Origin: Balanoglossus misakiensis | Taxonomy: Eukaryota > Animalia > Hemichordata | Reading direction: 5' to 3' | Assembly: GCA_040954595.2 (NCBI GenBank) | Contig: CM082577.2 | Span: 1,116,001-1,180,000 of the forward strand | DNA: 64,000 bases | Shown here: piece after piece, positions 14,804 through 29,406 of the stretch | Numbering within the stretch: the first letter of the stretch is position 1 | Layout: each line of letters starts with the position of its first letter | The notes under the pieces: generated by a model | The model's input: the letters and a program-made list of their open reading frames with translations, nothing else | What the model was told of the DNA's origin: nothing | Database searches by the model: none | Program-made: the position numbers and the translations under genes

Positions 14804-17800
14804 ATGGCGGACGACGAGCAAAACGTGGCTGAGATATCCGAAGATCAGACATCGGAAACGACGTCTCCAAGCGATTCGTTTACCGTAGAAGGTAGGCCGC
14901 GTGACGTGGTAATATTTGTCTGATACGAATAAAGAAATCGATAGGTTATAGGCTCGTTGGTTCTCATGCAAACAGTGTGAGGAACCCAAGTCTGGATCAT
15001 CCACGAAGAAGGGCTTCTTCCATTTCTACAATAGTCATCAGCATTTAATAATATATCTTGCAGTTTTTAACATTCCAACATATGTACTTGTCGAATTATC
15101 TGTTCCATTACGTCAATCATAGTCTACCTTTCGACATACGCATACAGACATGGATGTCTAAATAAACCTGGTTGCGTACTGAGGACATCCACAGCTTATC
15201 ACTCAGTTCCCAGTTCCCATATGGTATCAAAAGATCGAAATCATGCCCGCAGTGGTGGTGTTGTATCATGTAGATTCTCCCGTATGTGATGCAAAACAAT
15301 AGCCTTGCATCTTACCATTACACTTAATATTCCACTTTTGTTATCTTCAGTTTTACAAATACTCAAAGAAGCACAACAGCAACATGGTTTACGACATGGA
15401 GACCACCAGAGATACAGGTAAGTGTTGAACTTGAAGCCAAGAGGCATAGACAACCAGAACAAAAGACTGCACTTTTTCAATTTCCTAACTGATAAATTAT
15501 AACCTTTGTTCAATGAATTAGCTTCGGTCCACTTCAGATTTTATCTTCACTCTCTGCAGGAGTTACTGTGCAAGGAGAATACGAAGAATACGTAAATCTA
15601 TCAAGTTTGTACAGGGTCACAGAAATAAATTTCAGAGCAAGAAAATATCTGAAGAAATTATGAAAGATTGCAGGTAAGGAATGGACACTTGTTGGGAATA
15701 TTACTGCTGTTTTCACGGTCACCCTCTCTAAATAAGTGCATAGTGGAGTACCATAGACATGAGGAGAGCAGACTGAGATATAGTAACTGTATCTTCTTGA
15801 CTTCCAGGTTCCTACATATACCACTGTTTAATGCAGAGAGGGCTTGGAGCTATGCTATGCAACTGAAACAAGAAGCCAACACTGAACCCAGGAAGAGATT
15901 TCATCTGACACGGAGACTACGGAAAGCTGTCAAGTATACAGAGGAGTTAGAAGCATTGTGCAGCAGTGTCAAGTGTGATGCCAGGTCAAAGTTAGAAGCT
16001 CAGGTACATGTATACGCAGATTATTTATTGGGGATCTTTGGATGCACAAAACCCAGTCATAGGATGTGTTTCCAGTCTAGAACAGCCAACAGGTCTGACA
16101 CATACCAGCTGTACATAGCTGATGCCTCTAGTAATGAGGCCATTGTTGGGGAGATCTGATTGCTTGGATGATAATCTTCATTGGATGTTTTGTTTCTCCC
16201 CAACAGGCATACTGTGCGTGGATGAAGGGAACGTTACACTTTGAGTCCGAAAAATGGCAAAAGGCAATAGAATTATTTAGCACGGCCAAGTAAGTGACAC
16301 CACCTTGCCAATGATACACACTTTTTTGGGGCAGATGGGTCTTCATATCTTGAGTACTGTATTAGGATGTAGGCCACACTCTGATAAATGCTTAGCACCG
16401 CAATAGTAACATAGTCTGTGTTTCATTGATGTCAGAACTATATATGAGAAGCTAGCAGACGCACTGGATGATGAACAGCAAATGTTGTACCGACAACGAG
16501 TGGAAGAAATTTCCCCCAATATACGATACTGTGCGTACAACATTGGAGATGAAAGTGCCATCAATGATCTGGTTCAGATGAGATTGAAATCTGGTGCCAC
16601 TGGGGATTTGTCTTCCAATCTTGATGTAAGTATGATGATGCTAATACTTGGTCATGGTCATTATTGCTAGCCGAGATATGTTTATTTTGGCAGGGGGACC
16701 GCCCTGAAATTATACCTTTCTGTCTGTCTACTGTATAGTTCTTTCCCCACCCACCCATTTAATTACTGGTTGCCACGGTTATTTTTTTCAGACTCTTATT
16801 CAACAAACGCGTGAGAAGCAAGCAGCAACCTTAAGTGAGGTCACCTGGAGAGGGCGCACTGTTGGGGTCAAACAGGAGCAAGTGAGATTATTTTTACTGA
16901 ACGTACAAGAGAGTGAAGATGAGATCAACAAAGCAGAAGACACAGAGGGCAGAGTGTCCATCTATGATAGTCTCTTGATGGAATGTCGGGATGCACTACA
17001 AGTGTTACGAGATGAAATACGAGCTGACCCTGTAAGTTTCTTCGCTGTACTCACAAAAGCGCTTATAGTACAAGTACACTCCTATGGTCCTATTTAGTTG
17101 CCACCAAGTAATATGGTAAATTTATGAACCTGTTCTTGAAAGTGAGCAATATATTGCTGTGTACTGGTGTCAAAAGTGGTCCTAAATTGGATGTAATATT
17201 GTTTTGATCATCCTTTTCAGAAACTGAAAACCCAAAAGGCTGATGGCAAAGTCAGTAGTCTAGAATATCTACACTCCTACATCACATACATAAAGCTGAC
17301 CAAAACAATAGAACGAAACATGCTGATGGCAGACTCATTGAAAGACAACTTGCAGAGCGGTGAAATGCAAGAAGGAAAGAAGATCACCAAACCACAAGAC
17401 TTAATTCGCTTGTATGACATCATCATTCAGGTATAACACAAACTGATTTTGGCCCTTCAGATTATGATGGGATTTACACATCTATCAAATTTAGCAGAAC
17501 GCAAGACTCTGTGGGCTCATAAGTGTTTTCTGATCGTTGTACTATCCATTCTGCATTTCAGAATTTAACAGACATTCCACAGTTACCTGGATTAGAAGAT
17601 GACGACGTTCTTATGGAAGATATAGACAATCAAATATTAGTTTACAAAGCATTTAGGTAAGCCACTGAAATTGAGAGACACTTTTTCAGACAGAATTGGC
17701 TCCTAGCATGTTCTGCCATATTTACTGTGCTTTTCAGCGTGTGAATTCCTAACATAGGATGTACTGAGTACATTATCCCTTTCACCACCATGGTTTGGTC

Positions 17801-18780
17801 CAAACCCATTGTCAAAACACACACAGCATTCTACTAAGTTAGTGTCTAAACCTATTCTTTTTCAACCAGGTGTTACTATGTTGCACAGTCGTTCAACATT
17901 GCCAAGAAATGGGTGGAGACATCAGCCTTGTATGAAAGGGTTCTTTACTATGGTGATGTCGCTGCTAACCAGATCAAGATGTCCTCAGGAAAAAACAACA
18001 ACAAGGTATTAATTGACGAGGATGGTCACATATTTTAAATGTGATTTTTAATGCAAAATTAGTGGGACTTTGTTCCCATCGATGAATGCAGTTGTTTTGA
18101 GGGCAGCAGAAGGCAAATCTTATAACCAATGATACACTCTAATTTTTATTTTATTTGCAGGAACTTGCAAACAAGTTAGAGGAGCTTATTAAACTTGTGA
18201 AGGGTATGAAGTATTCAGTGCATGCATCAGCAATTTTAGGTGAGTTCTACAGAATTATTACAACTCATTTTCCTACATTTAGGAAAGTTTTCCTGAGTTT
18301 GATACCAATTTTGTCTTCATTTGTTTGATAACTTGAGTTATCAGATTTCATTCTTTGAGTCAGATAAAATGAATCCACAAACGGCATACGCTGTGTGCTG
18401 CATATTGGCTAAGAGGGTACACCACCATTTCCAGCCCCCTTCCCTTTCCACAATTTATAAATTTCCCGGTGTATTGATTTCCCCCTACAGATACAGAAGA
18501 TGTCACCAGCAGAGTCTCACAACTGACCATTGCCAACAACAAACCACTTTTGGACAGACTAGAAGAATACAGAGAAGATCCCGGTCTCGTCAACCAGCAA
18601 CCTAACTTAGTGACTTTCCCTCCAGACTTCCAACCTGTTCCGTGCAAACCCCTCTTCTTTGACATCGCGCTCAATCATCTCGAGTTTCCATCTCTTGAAG
18701 ATCGAGTGGAACAGAAGAAAGCAGCACCAGGCGGCATTACAGGTTTTGTCAAAGGCTGGTTATGGGGTGGCAAAAAGTGA
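14804..18780 (+). CDS. SRP68: Signal recognition particle subunit SRP68, multi-exon
   Basis: Exons encode LQILKEAQQQHGLRHGDHQRYR, AERAWSYAMQLKQEANTEPRKRFHL, EISPNIRYCAYNIGD, FPPDFQPVPCKPLFFDIALNHLEFPSLE and end GFVKGWLWGGKK*; ATG in AAGATGGCG context at 14804. Confidence 0.95.
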
Positions 18781-19530
18781 TGATGACCAGCACAGTATTA
18801 GATCTCAATTTCTCAACATTCAACTCCAAATGTTTTTATTTGACTCAAAAAGATATGAATAAAATCTCAACTGCCAGATTCCAGATGAACAGTTAAAAAG
18901 GACAAAGTAACTTCATGTTGATTTATTAATATATCATCCTTTTTGTATCACATGAGAGGAAAGTGAACTATTTACAGGGTTTTATGTTCATTGGAAATCC
19001 CTGATCAATTTCGCCTCCTATTTGATTTGCATATTTGATTCATAAGAATCTTGCAAAGATTTCAAGTAGTATCTCTAAGCTCATGGTAGTGTCCTCCACT
19101 ATGCTAAAAATGAATTTTCATGTTGATTGTACATGAGCAGCATTACAAAGTAAGTAAATAAATTGACACCAAGTGACATGCGATTGCTGTGACATCACTC
19201 ATAATTGGCAGAGGTTACAGATAGTGGTGAGCTTGTGAAACATGCCATGGGCATTGCAGGTCAGAGAGGTCAGCCTTTGCTGCACAAAGCTTTACTTCTA
19301 AGCCTTTTATTGTAGTATTTTGTAGTCTGTCTGCTTCCCCTTGAAGCAAGAATGTAATCACAGAATGTAAGAAATAAAGTATACCAACCAATAAACAGGT
19401 TCAAAGTGCAAGAAGTTGGTTTTGTGGTAACCATGTTTTGAAAACGTGTGGTGTGGATTTTAATCGCAGAGGGCGTGTTTCACCGCAAAGCATTCTGGTA
19501 CTCCGCCATTTTGATGTCCGTGCGTCCAAC

Positions 19531-22500
19531 ATGATTCCTGTGAAGGTCACGGCAGCAAGACCTTTACTTGCCAATATATCGGTAAGTGGTCTATTATCTT
19601 GTACGATTTTCGTTGAAAAATGTTCGAAGTGACATTGTTAGTTGACATTGACAGCCCTGTGTCCCGTTGCACGTTCACTTCACCCGTTCGAGATAAAAGC
19701 CGGTTCGGTATTCATCAACACTACCGTACCGTTGGCACGTAGACCTTGTACAGCAACGTGTGACCCGGCTTACTTTCCTCAACATTTAATCATTTTCCAG
19801 TCGGAATTGTTACTTAAAGTTAGTTTTAAAGAAATATGCCCATCTTTGTCATTAAAGAAAGTCACAAGTACTCTGTGCGTGCGTCCATAAAAATACAGTT
19901 TGTGTTTTCAGTTGTATTCATTATGCAAGTTATAATATTTACATGAATGTATGCATTGAAACCGTACACTATTTTTAAAGAGCTGTACATAAAAGGATGC
20001 AATACAGGAATCAAGTGGAAACAGTGCATGACAATAATGTCACTTTGTTTTTAACAGAGACGGAACCTAGCAGCATGGAGTGCTGTGGCCAGGAAGAAAC
20101 CAGAAAGAGTTGAACTTGCGAAGGAAGATGTTAAGGTGAGGAGATTATGTAATTACTAATATTTCAAAGTTGGTTCCTCCATTTCATGTTTGACGTGACA
20201 CACACAGTGCTCTTGTATAGTTGGTTTTGATCAAAATACATGTATTCTTATTTTTCATGGTGTAGATCACAAAGTTGCAGAATGGGCTGACTGTTGTATC
20301 ACAAGAAAACTGCTCCCCAGTTTCTAGAATTGGGGTCATCGTTAACGCTGGTAGCCGTTATGAAGATGCAAGTAATCTTGGTGTAACACACTACCTCAGG
20401 TCATGTGCACATCTTGTAAGTACATGTAATCTTGTGTTATTACTTTTTGACAATCTCAAGTGAAATTGTTAAGACTTTAACTGATCATTCAAAGTTTAAC
20501 AATCCAATGTGTGAATATTTTGAACTCAGGCAACACAAGGAGCATCGACATTTGCGATCAGCAGAGGTATTGGAGATGTTGGCGGTAGTTTAGAAGTGAC
20601 AACCAGCAGAGATCATGCCATGTATTCAGTGCAGGCACTGAGAGGACAACCATTGTAAGTTTTCATGTATCCAGACTTTACTCTTGTTAGCCATGTGATG
20701 TAGAGCATTGGAATAATCTTTCATTATTTGTTCGGTCTTGTGGAGGAACAGGTTAAATCAGTGCCCATGGTGTGTGTAAAGAGATTTTGATCACAATGGG
20801 TGAAATAGAATCTTACTCTTCTTTCTTGAATGGTTGTCTCATTGTGGTGTATATGAATTCTAAAGTGAATATGTTTATCTTGCTATTTTCAGGGAGACCT
20901 GTGTGTCCTATCTGAGTCATGTACTGACCAACCCACTCTTCAGACCCTGGGAAATCACTGACAATGTGCCCAGGATACAGCTAGATTCAGCCATTTCCAA
21001 ACAACAACCACAAATTGGTAAGAATTCTTCGATATCAAATGACGTCAGACGCGCTCAGGCGCAGTTACGTTGATATCCAAATTTCCAAATAATGGGCTAC
21101 TTCAACAAAGACTGATATTCGTAGGATTTAGTTGACTAATCACACCACCACTTTGATAATTTTCAGATTTGATGGAGCGCCTTCATGCAGCCGCCTTCAG
21201 AAACACATTAGCCAATTCAATATACTGTCCTGAGAGCAACATTGGTAAAATTTCACCCAGCACCATGGAGGACTTTAGAAAAAAGCATTACACTAGCAGT
21301 AACATGGCTTTAGTTGGCCTAGGTATGTAACATAGACATAATGTTTTGTGCTATCGGTCCATTACCTCAGAGATAGTTGTATAGCAACCATTTTAATTCC
21401 ACCGACTGCCGTGCTGATCATGAGCAAGATTGAAAAGGGATGAATTACCTTCTTGACTCTAGATGGCACTGTATAACATAGCAATCTTACATAGCTGTGA
21501 TTTTGTTCTGAAAGCAGAAATTAACCTCTGATCTCTGTCCCCTTTTGCATTGTGTTTGGTAGGTGTTGACCATAGTGATTTACTGGGCTATGCAGAGAAT
21601 CTATCTGTACAGTTAGGTGGAGTCACATCCAAAGCTGTACCCAAGTATGCTGGTGGTAAGTCCAATATGCTTCATATTTTGTCTACTTCTATGGACCACT
21701 CACAGCTAGTTTGTAAATTTGTGGTATTTGAGTCCTGTATATTGACATTCAATTCTTGCTTCGTATTCTTATGAAGATTGACCTTGATCTCTTGCAGGTG
21801 AGCACAGCAGGCAACATAATAATGACCCCCTAACCCACGTAATCCTGGCAACTGAAGGCGTGGCACTTGGCAGTGCTGATTTGCTTGCATCATGTGTCCT
21901 GCAACATTATCTCAGCGGTGCTCCTAACATCAAACGTGGTACCACTGTTGCTACATCAAAGCTGAATCAAGCCGTTGCCAAGTCTACCAGCCTACCATTC
22001 TCAGTAAGATGGATTTCTTGATGATATCTTTGTTAGATTAAACTTTTTGGATGTTAAAGTTGATGTAATAACAATATTTCCTAGATAAAGCCATAAGAGT
22101 GATTCATCTTTGTTAACAAACCTTTGTTTTTAATGTTGATGTGACCAGCAAATGTAATAATTTTTTTTCTAGACAAACTGCATTAATGCCAACTACTCTG
22201 ACTCAGGATTGTTTGGAATGTATGCAGTTGCACCAGCAGAAGAGATGCATGCTGTAAGTATATTGGAGTGAAAGTGACAATGTAATATAAAGAGAAGGTA
22301 CATTTGGAGGGTTAAGAAAGTGGGGTTGTACTTAAGATACTGTGCCCTCACTGATACTACCCTCCTACAGCAATATTGGGCAAATTGAACATCTTGCTTG
22401 GTACAAGGCAACCCTGCAAGCTACAAATCTTGCCTACATTTTTTTCCGCCTTTGCAGTGAAATGCAATGGAAGTAAACAGTATAAATGTTTTGTTTTGTG

Positions 22501-23319
22501 CTCAGGTTAAAATTTGCATTGAAAATGTAGTTACAACTGCATGTAGTCTTCTGTTGTCTGAAAGAGGAGTATTCAAGTGTGGTGCCTGACTGTGACAATG
22601 AGAAGTCATCATGAATCATTTGGGATTTTATCTTACCAGGTTTTGAAGGCTTTGGTAACAGAGTGTGGTGCTGTCACAAAAGGATCGATTGATGCCAAGG
22701 ATCTCCAAAGAGCTAAGTAAGTGTCGGGCTGACTCGGAAATGATGCTTTTTTGGAGCTTTGCAGCTTTGTTTCGAGATCCAGATCATATAAACCATTTCC
22801 CTTTTGTCACTAGAAATCAGCTGAAAGCAAGTCTGTTGATGTCACAAGAGAATCCTGAGGTCGTCTTTGAAGACCTCGCTGTGCAAGCCATTACCACCGG
22901 TAACTACATCAACATCGCTGAAACAGTCGGTAAAATTGATGCCATAAGTGCTCAGGATGTCACTAATGTAAGTATAGTTTTACCGTTGCCTGCTTCCTAT
23001 TGTGTTAGTTGGTTCATTCCAACAGATGTTTAACAATTTTACTGTTCCTTTGTGTGTGTAGTCTTAGAACATTGTTAGAATTTGGAGGACTGGATAATTG
23101 GTTGGAGGCATGTTAGTTGCTTGCTTTATTGGTCCCCAAGAGTTCTGTCATTCTATGCATATGTTTTCATTTGACTGCTGCCCCCGCTCATTCTGTAACA
23201 TCATTCCTTTGTTTTTATCCACACCCTTGTAGGTTGCAAAACGTCTGTTCAACCAGAAGTCAACAATGGCTGCCTCTGGGAACCTCATCAACACACCATT
23301 TTTGGAGCAGCTTCTTTGA
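19531..23319 (+). CDS. UQCRC2: Cytochrome b-c1 complex core protein 2, mitochondrial precursor, multi-exon
   Basis: Presequence-like [17 protein letters not shown]; [33 protein letters not shown]; FRPWEI; [10 protein letters not shown]; [11 protein letters not shown]; ends [13 protein letters not shown]; no HxxEH motif, as expected for core II. Confidence 0.93.
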
Positions 23320-26300
23320 AAGAACTGGGTGCAGTGTATATTATATAAAAGGGAAAATGATTGCTTTCGTTGTTATGGCTTTCTGTATTTTTAGAAAGTG
23401 AATTTGACTTCTATGTCTGTATGTTTCTGGAAGTCATGGCAGTTATTTTGTGCAAATGATGACCTGTTTTGATCATTGGAAGTGATTCAGCTGCCATGGC
23501 AACACCATGGAACCTTTGCATTTTTCTTCTTACTCCTGTGTGAATAATAAAAATGTTGAACAAAAAAATCCCCAAATAATTGGAATTTTGTCAGTGAGGA
23601 AAATTAAAGCAAAAATTGGCCAGGTATTTCAGAAGCACTATTCTGACTCGTACTATGACTTTTATGTACATATGACTGCCAACTGAAAACCAGTCTGTGT
23701 TTGTAGCAATTACAAACACTATAACCACCAAATACAAGAGGATGCTATCACAGTCCCCCTAACTATTAGATAATAGACTAGCTGGCTCAAGGAATTTTTT
23801 CCCATGGAGACAAAATATCAGAGATAAAAAGTGAAATTCCATTTCTCAATTTGTTGAATCTTTTCACTTGTAAAGTTGCTTTGTATTTTCTTCATTGATG
23901 CCACAATGTCATCGTAGGCTTATTGTACTTTCAAGATTCTTTCAAAAAAGTTGTCCCACTTTTTAATTATATGAAAATAAATATACAGTTTATGAGACCA
24001 ATTTGGCTCAGTGGGAAGTGTCTTTTTTGTGGTCACCCAAGTACCATGGGGAAAATAAGGGAGATTGCTGACAGCTGGGTTATATCGCCCTCTAGAACCG
24101 AGTTGTGTGCAGGGTATGTACCAGTTCAACAATTTGGCCGTACATACGTCAACGTTATCGTTATGGAAACCGGTTATCTTTCCTTGTATGCATATATTAT
24201 TATTAGTCAACTGTTACAGATAACATGCAACCCGATGTAGTGCATTTGTAACAGAAAGGTGTGAAAATACACCATACCACCTGTTTGAGTTAGGCAAAAG
24301 TGAGGCCAGCCTATACAGCAATTATTTTGGCAGAGCAAAAGAGCCAAAAGTAACTGATGGTATCAAAATGAATCCCATTTCCTCTGTTTAAAAATCAAAT
24401 AAGTTTACACAGACACGCAGCAGCATGCGATCGAGTGATTTATATTATAAATCGTATGTGCGTCACAACTATTTACTATCCACTATTTCCATTCACTTGA
24501 CATCCTTTCATATAAGCTTATACGAGCATCCTATCAGCGGGAACATATGTGCACACTCCGAACCTCGTTATGCAAATAAAGAATAACAATTCAGGAGAGA
24601 GCCACGACGGCAGGAATAAAACGAAACGAATTAAAACACTCAACGGGAACCAGCCTTTCAAAGCGAGGACATTTACTGGAATACTGTCAAGTGTTTATTG
24701 GTAGCATTGGAAAGCTGAAACGCTGTATGCGACCTCAGTTCTGTGGATTGTTTTAAAACTAAAGGATAGCTGTCATTTTTAATCGCAAAAAATGTTGAAA
24801 ATAATTAACACGAAGGTGGCAAAGATATCGGATCAGATGTACACACAGGATATCGATTTGAAAGATGTAACAGGTGAGTAGTGATTTGCATGATGGTGCA
24901 TGGAGCAGGGTTTGCGCATATCGCGTAAGTCCTTGGGGAAAATTTTGCAATGCACCGGGATCATCTTGTTTGCATCTTCCATGTTTAATTACTTTGCAAA
25001 AGTGACATGACATGTATAGCGAATTACTTTCAAGAATATTCATTATTGAAAAATGTATTCAAAAAGTTAGAAACTCTATTCCTTTCTCTACGACACAAAC
25101 TCGGAAGACAATATGGTAAACATTAAAACATTACAAAGAGTCATTGGAGACAGTGATCAAAGAAACAACAAATCGAACATTCTTGTCAGTTTTTATTAAC
25201 TGTTCGATAGTAATCCAAAGCAAAGTAGCCTATAAAATGATGAAATATCATTTACACCTGAAACAAATAGCTATCACACAGTCAGCTTCTTTTCCCGAAA
25301 GAAGAGAAAAAATTCTGGCACATAAAATGTATTATTATTTTTTCATTTGAAAGTTCTATTCTGGGTTTATTTTGATTATTGAAACAGTGATTGTTTTATT
25401 GGCCACTGAGCTGTGTTGTTTTTAAAGATTAAGTTCGTTTCTTTAGCAACTGTAGAAAATATCGGATTTCCAGTTGGTTCTGTGCAAAGTGGAATGCGTG
25501 ATTCTCGATTGTTTCTGATGCCCACTTGAACGTGCCAGCGTTTGTCGATCGATTTTTTCCATGTCCTGGTAAAACTTCTCACGGCTTACCTTTAAAAAGT
25601 TTGAAATCGCGTATACAAAATTACCGCTCGCCAAATACTGCCTGACAGAATTTGACGATACATGTAGTTGCCTCGTTATACCAACCGTTTTGTTTGCCAG
25701 GGCTTTCGGTGGTAAAAGTTTCCCGATTCGATAAGCTTTTTGTTAAAATTCGTGAATTATCTCCAGCTTTATCAATGAGAAGGATTAGAGCCGCGTAACT
25801 CACTTTCACCGTACTTTCTGTTCCGCTAAATAAAATAGTACCATACATTCAGAGATATTTTCGTGGTGATTCGCATCTTGTAGATTGTAAATATTTCATT
25901 CTTGATAAAGCATGTCAAATTTCTTATGATATTTACTGGAAAATACTTACGTGTAAAATTCTCAAAAATGCTCATCAATTCATTCCGACCCACGTAGTAT
26001 AGTGAAAAGGCCTAGTCAGTGTTTCCCCTATTTACATATTCAAAATGGCTTTGCTGAAATTCTCGTAGGGAGCGACAGGTCGGTCCAAGACGAGAGTACA
26101 CAATCTCCGACCAAAACAAAAATACCCTTTGCACTATGGCCCTACGTAAGGTGTTTAGTGGGAGGTCACAAGCAGGGTATACCGCTGGGGCAAAAGTTTA
26201 TGGTAGGTACATTCGCTTTACAAAATTTTAATCAGACACATAGGTTTGTACACGAATAATACGTTCTCCGATATGGAGTATGGCTTTACCATATCGTTGA

Positions 26301-29300
26301 ACTGATGGGGGATAATGTATTCCTTATATATTATCATTAACATTTCGTGATAAGAAAACCAGTCTATGACGAAGGAAGCGGCGGAGTGTCCCACCTGGTT
26401 GGATACCCACGAGTTGTATCACCGGGAACAAATGTGTTTGTAATATGCGAACCGGGTTTGTGACAGCTTGTTGTGAATTAGTACACGTCTGGACGCTCTG
26501 TGCTCGATCAGGGATTGACCTCAAATTTGGGATCGCTCTCTCCATCCTTACTGGCAAGCAAGCGGAATAGACTCATCGTTTCCTAGGAAAAATGAATATC
26601 GCAATCCCAAGAAGATTACCGGCAACCGGTCTGCCGCTATGTCCTGGATTAGTACCAATGCAGAACTTCAAAGCACGTAAGCTCCGACGATATTAATTAA
26701 CACGATACCGACTCGCCCTGTATTTGAGTTGCCTCGGCGATACCGATAGCTTATCATTGTTTCAATATATTACGTCTGTCATATACACACCTTTATTTTA
26801 GTGATCGGTAAATGAAATATTTCTACTGGTGAACAAAGCCAGTCTTATAAATGCGAAGTTTATGTGTATACATTAATACATGCGGGCCGTCTCTTTCTCA
26901 TACGGGGCCAGTTTACTGAAGGCAGTCAGCTCTTTAAATTAACTATTTTTAGAGTGGGTGTGTTTATTAATAACAAACCCGCAGAAAAGAACGGTATATT
27001 TACATCGATGGTTGTTATCGCAGCCAGTTTCTTTTTTTTCCATCTTCACAAATGTTTAACATCAGACACTGGTTCATTCGTTGAATGCTGTTGAATTTTT
27101 ATGTGTGACCGAGCCACTTTAATGCCATAGGTATCACGTATGCCAACAGCTTCTGACGTCACAGTTGCGTCACTATGGGGGTTGGCATAAATTACAGTAC
27201 ATGTATCGACAATCACATAGATTCATTATTTTGTGCAGATGATTTTTGTAGCCACGATGGGCTTTTTAATTAGGTGTTATAATGATAAAGCAACACAATT
27301 AGGCATGTAAACTTATTATTATTTTATACCATGCCGTTTTTACTTTTTACGCATGCAAATTAATTAACAAATTGATATCAATGAGTGTATCTCCAAGCCT
27401 GCATTGAATGACACATTCTCTATTGAATTCGAACGGTCAAGTAATTTTTTTCATACTTGTAACTTCTGATCATTTTCTGATTTGAATTTTTCTTCTAGAA
27501 TGCCAAATGTTGTTTTCAATTTCATTTAAAAATATTTCGATCCTTATCAAAATATTTAGGAAAATGTCAATTTTATCTGTCAGTCACTTAGAAATCCCTA
27601 ACCCTTTAAGTTCAGAGACAGCTCATTTGTTTATTTGGGATAAGAAGTCTTGATTCTTTGTAGCTGTAAGCCTGTTGCCAAAGGAAAAGAGGTGGAAAGA
27701 GAATGTTTTTAATATTAACTAGAAAAAATCCACAATTATTTCTTAATGCTGATTATCTGGGACTAGTATATATAGATATATTCGTCTCAGTGATTATGAA
27801 ACAAAAACACTATATTCCCCTGGCCTCCTGTATATTTTGTTTTATCAAAGTCAGTTTCTTTTTCAGTCAACCACCTGTTAAGAGTCATAAGTTGACAATA
27901 CACGTAGTGTGATGTCACATCATCTTAGAAATTTAGGAAACTATATAGGTCAACTTGTTCGCTTCCCAAGTGTCAATGAGGCATTGGCATTGGGTCCCAA
28001 AATCAAATAATATGCAGCACATAAATTTAATTAGGTCACTAACGAGATTGTAAAACTATGGGTGAATATTGCTCAGAGTGTCAGTTTAGTACAGCTGCAA
28101 GAAGATCACCACAGTTGAGCTGTGATCAGTTGAGGTGTAAGCATGCATTAAGTGGTTGCATATGAATGAAATATAGGAGATGTGTGTACTGTATTTTAGA
28201 TATGTTAAGAAAGTTCAGATCTTTTGTGGAACAGGAATGCAGATGTCATTATTTATGCAGTCACTTTTGAAATCGCACTGCATTGGTAACTTGTACGCCT
28301 TTGAACATGCTTCTGAGGTTTTCACCAACAGCCGAAGTTATGTAACATATTAATTAACTTATTAAGTTAGTTATCATATTTTTTTAACCTTCCTGTTATT
28401 GTTGTTCTTTTAAATTAAGCATGAGGTTTTTTCTTCATAGAAATGATATCATGAAACTGCTGGTGGGGTAAGTTCAGTGTCTGGCACCATTATGATATGT
28501 TATGTAACTCAGGATAATGAAAAAAAGGGACAGTGCAGTGCCATAGATTTCCCTCTAAGGTGTAAATTGTGTACATATACACAAATGTGTGAATAAAATA
28601 GTCAATCAACTCTTCTGTAGTCGGATTCACGTCAGAAAATTAATTCAGAGTTTGCAGTCTGACCTCTTGGAGACTGCTGATATAATTCAGAAATTTTCTT
28701 CTGAAGTGGATCTGAGCTGGGTTTTCCAAGGGTTAAAATAAACAATGCAGACATGTCTATGTTGTCTATGTTCTGCTATTGTTTGTTATTGTTGGACCCT
28801 CATCTAATTCATTTGAGTCTGAAAGCAGCTTGCTATATGGGTTCAATATGTAAGCAATCAAGTGTCAAACTCAAAGGGATTGGCTGCAGATTTTAATATT
28901 TCTCCTTTCAAAATAGAATTATAAAGCAGATTGTTGAAATTTAAAAAAGTCTGTTTTTCAATCAGAAAGGTGTTGGCAGATTTGCCAGGAACAGGGATTG
29001 CCATATGTTTTGCTATTTAAAGGGAAAGAGTATGACCTTGCACAGAAAAGGATACAGTCACGCGTCAGTGCATTATAATAATAGTTGTCATGGTACCCAC
29101 TCTGGTTGCTATGGTAATATGGAATCTTTGCCTGTGATGAGGATGGTAGAAAGGATGGATGATTATCTGTGTCAGTGGAAACCAATAATATTAATGATGC
29201 AATACAACTGACATTTTGCCCCTGAAATATTCCCATCGATAGATTTAAAACAATTTTGTGTAGCTGTTAGATTTTTGATTCTTTACAATTTAACATACAT

Positions 29301-29406
29301 ACATATATAATAATAAGAAAATCAACCATCATATATTTATTGTACTGTTCCTTTCATCTGTGAAAATAAAATCAATGCTTTACAATCTGTGTCATTTCAC
29401 CTACAG

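Noticed and set aside
16626-17561. C/D-box-like motifs (ATGATGA/ATGATGG ... CTGA) in SRP68 introns
   Set aside because: No terminal stem, atypical position and no recognisable rRNA guide
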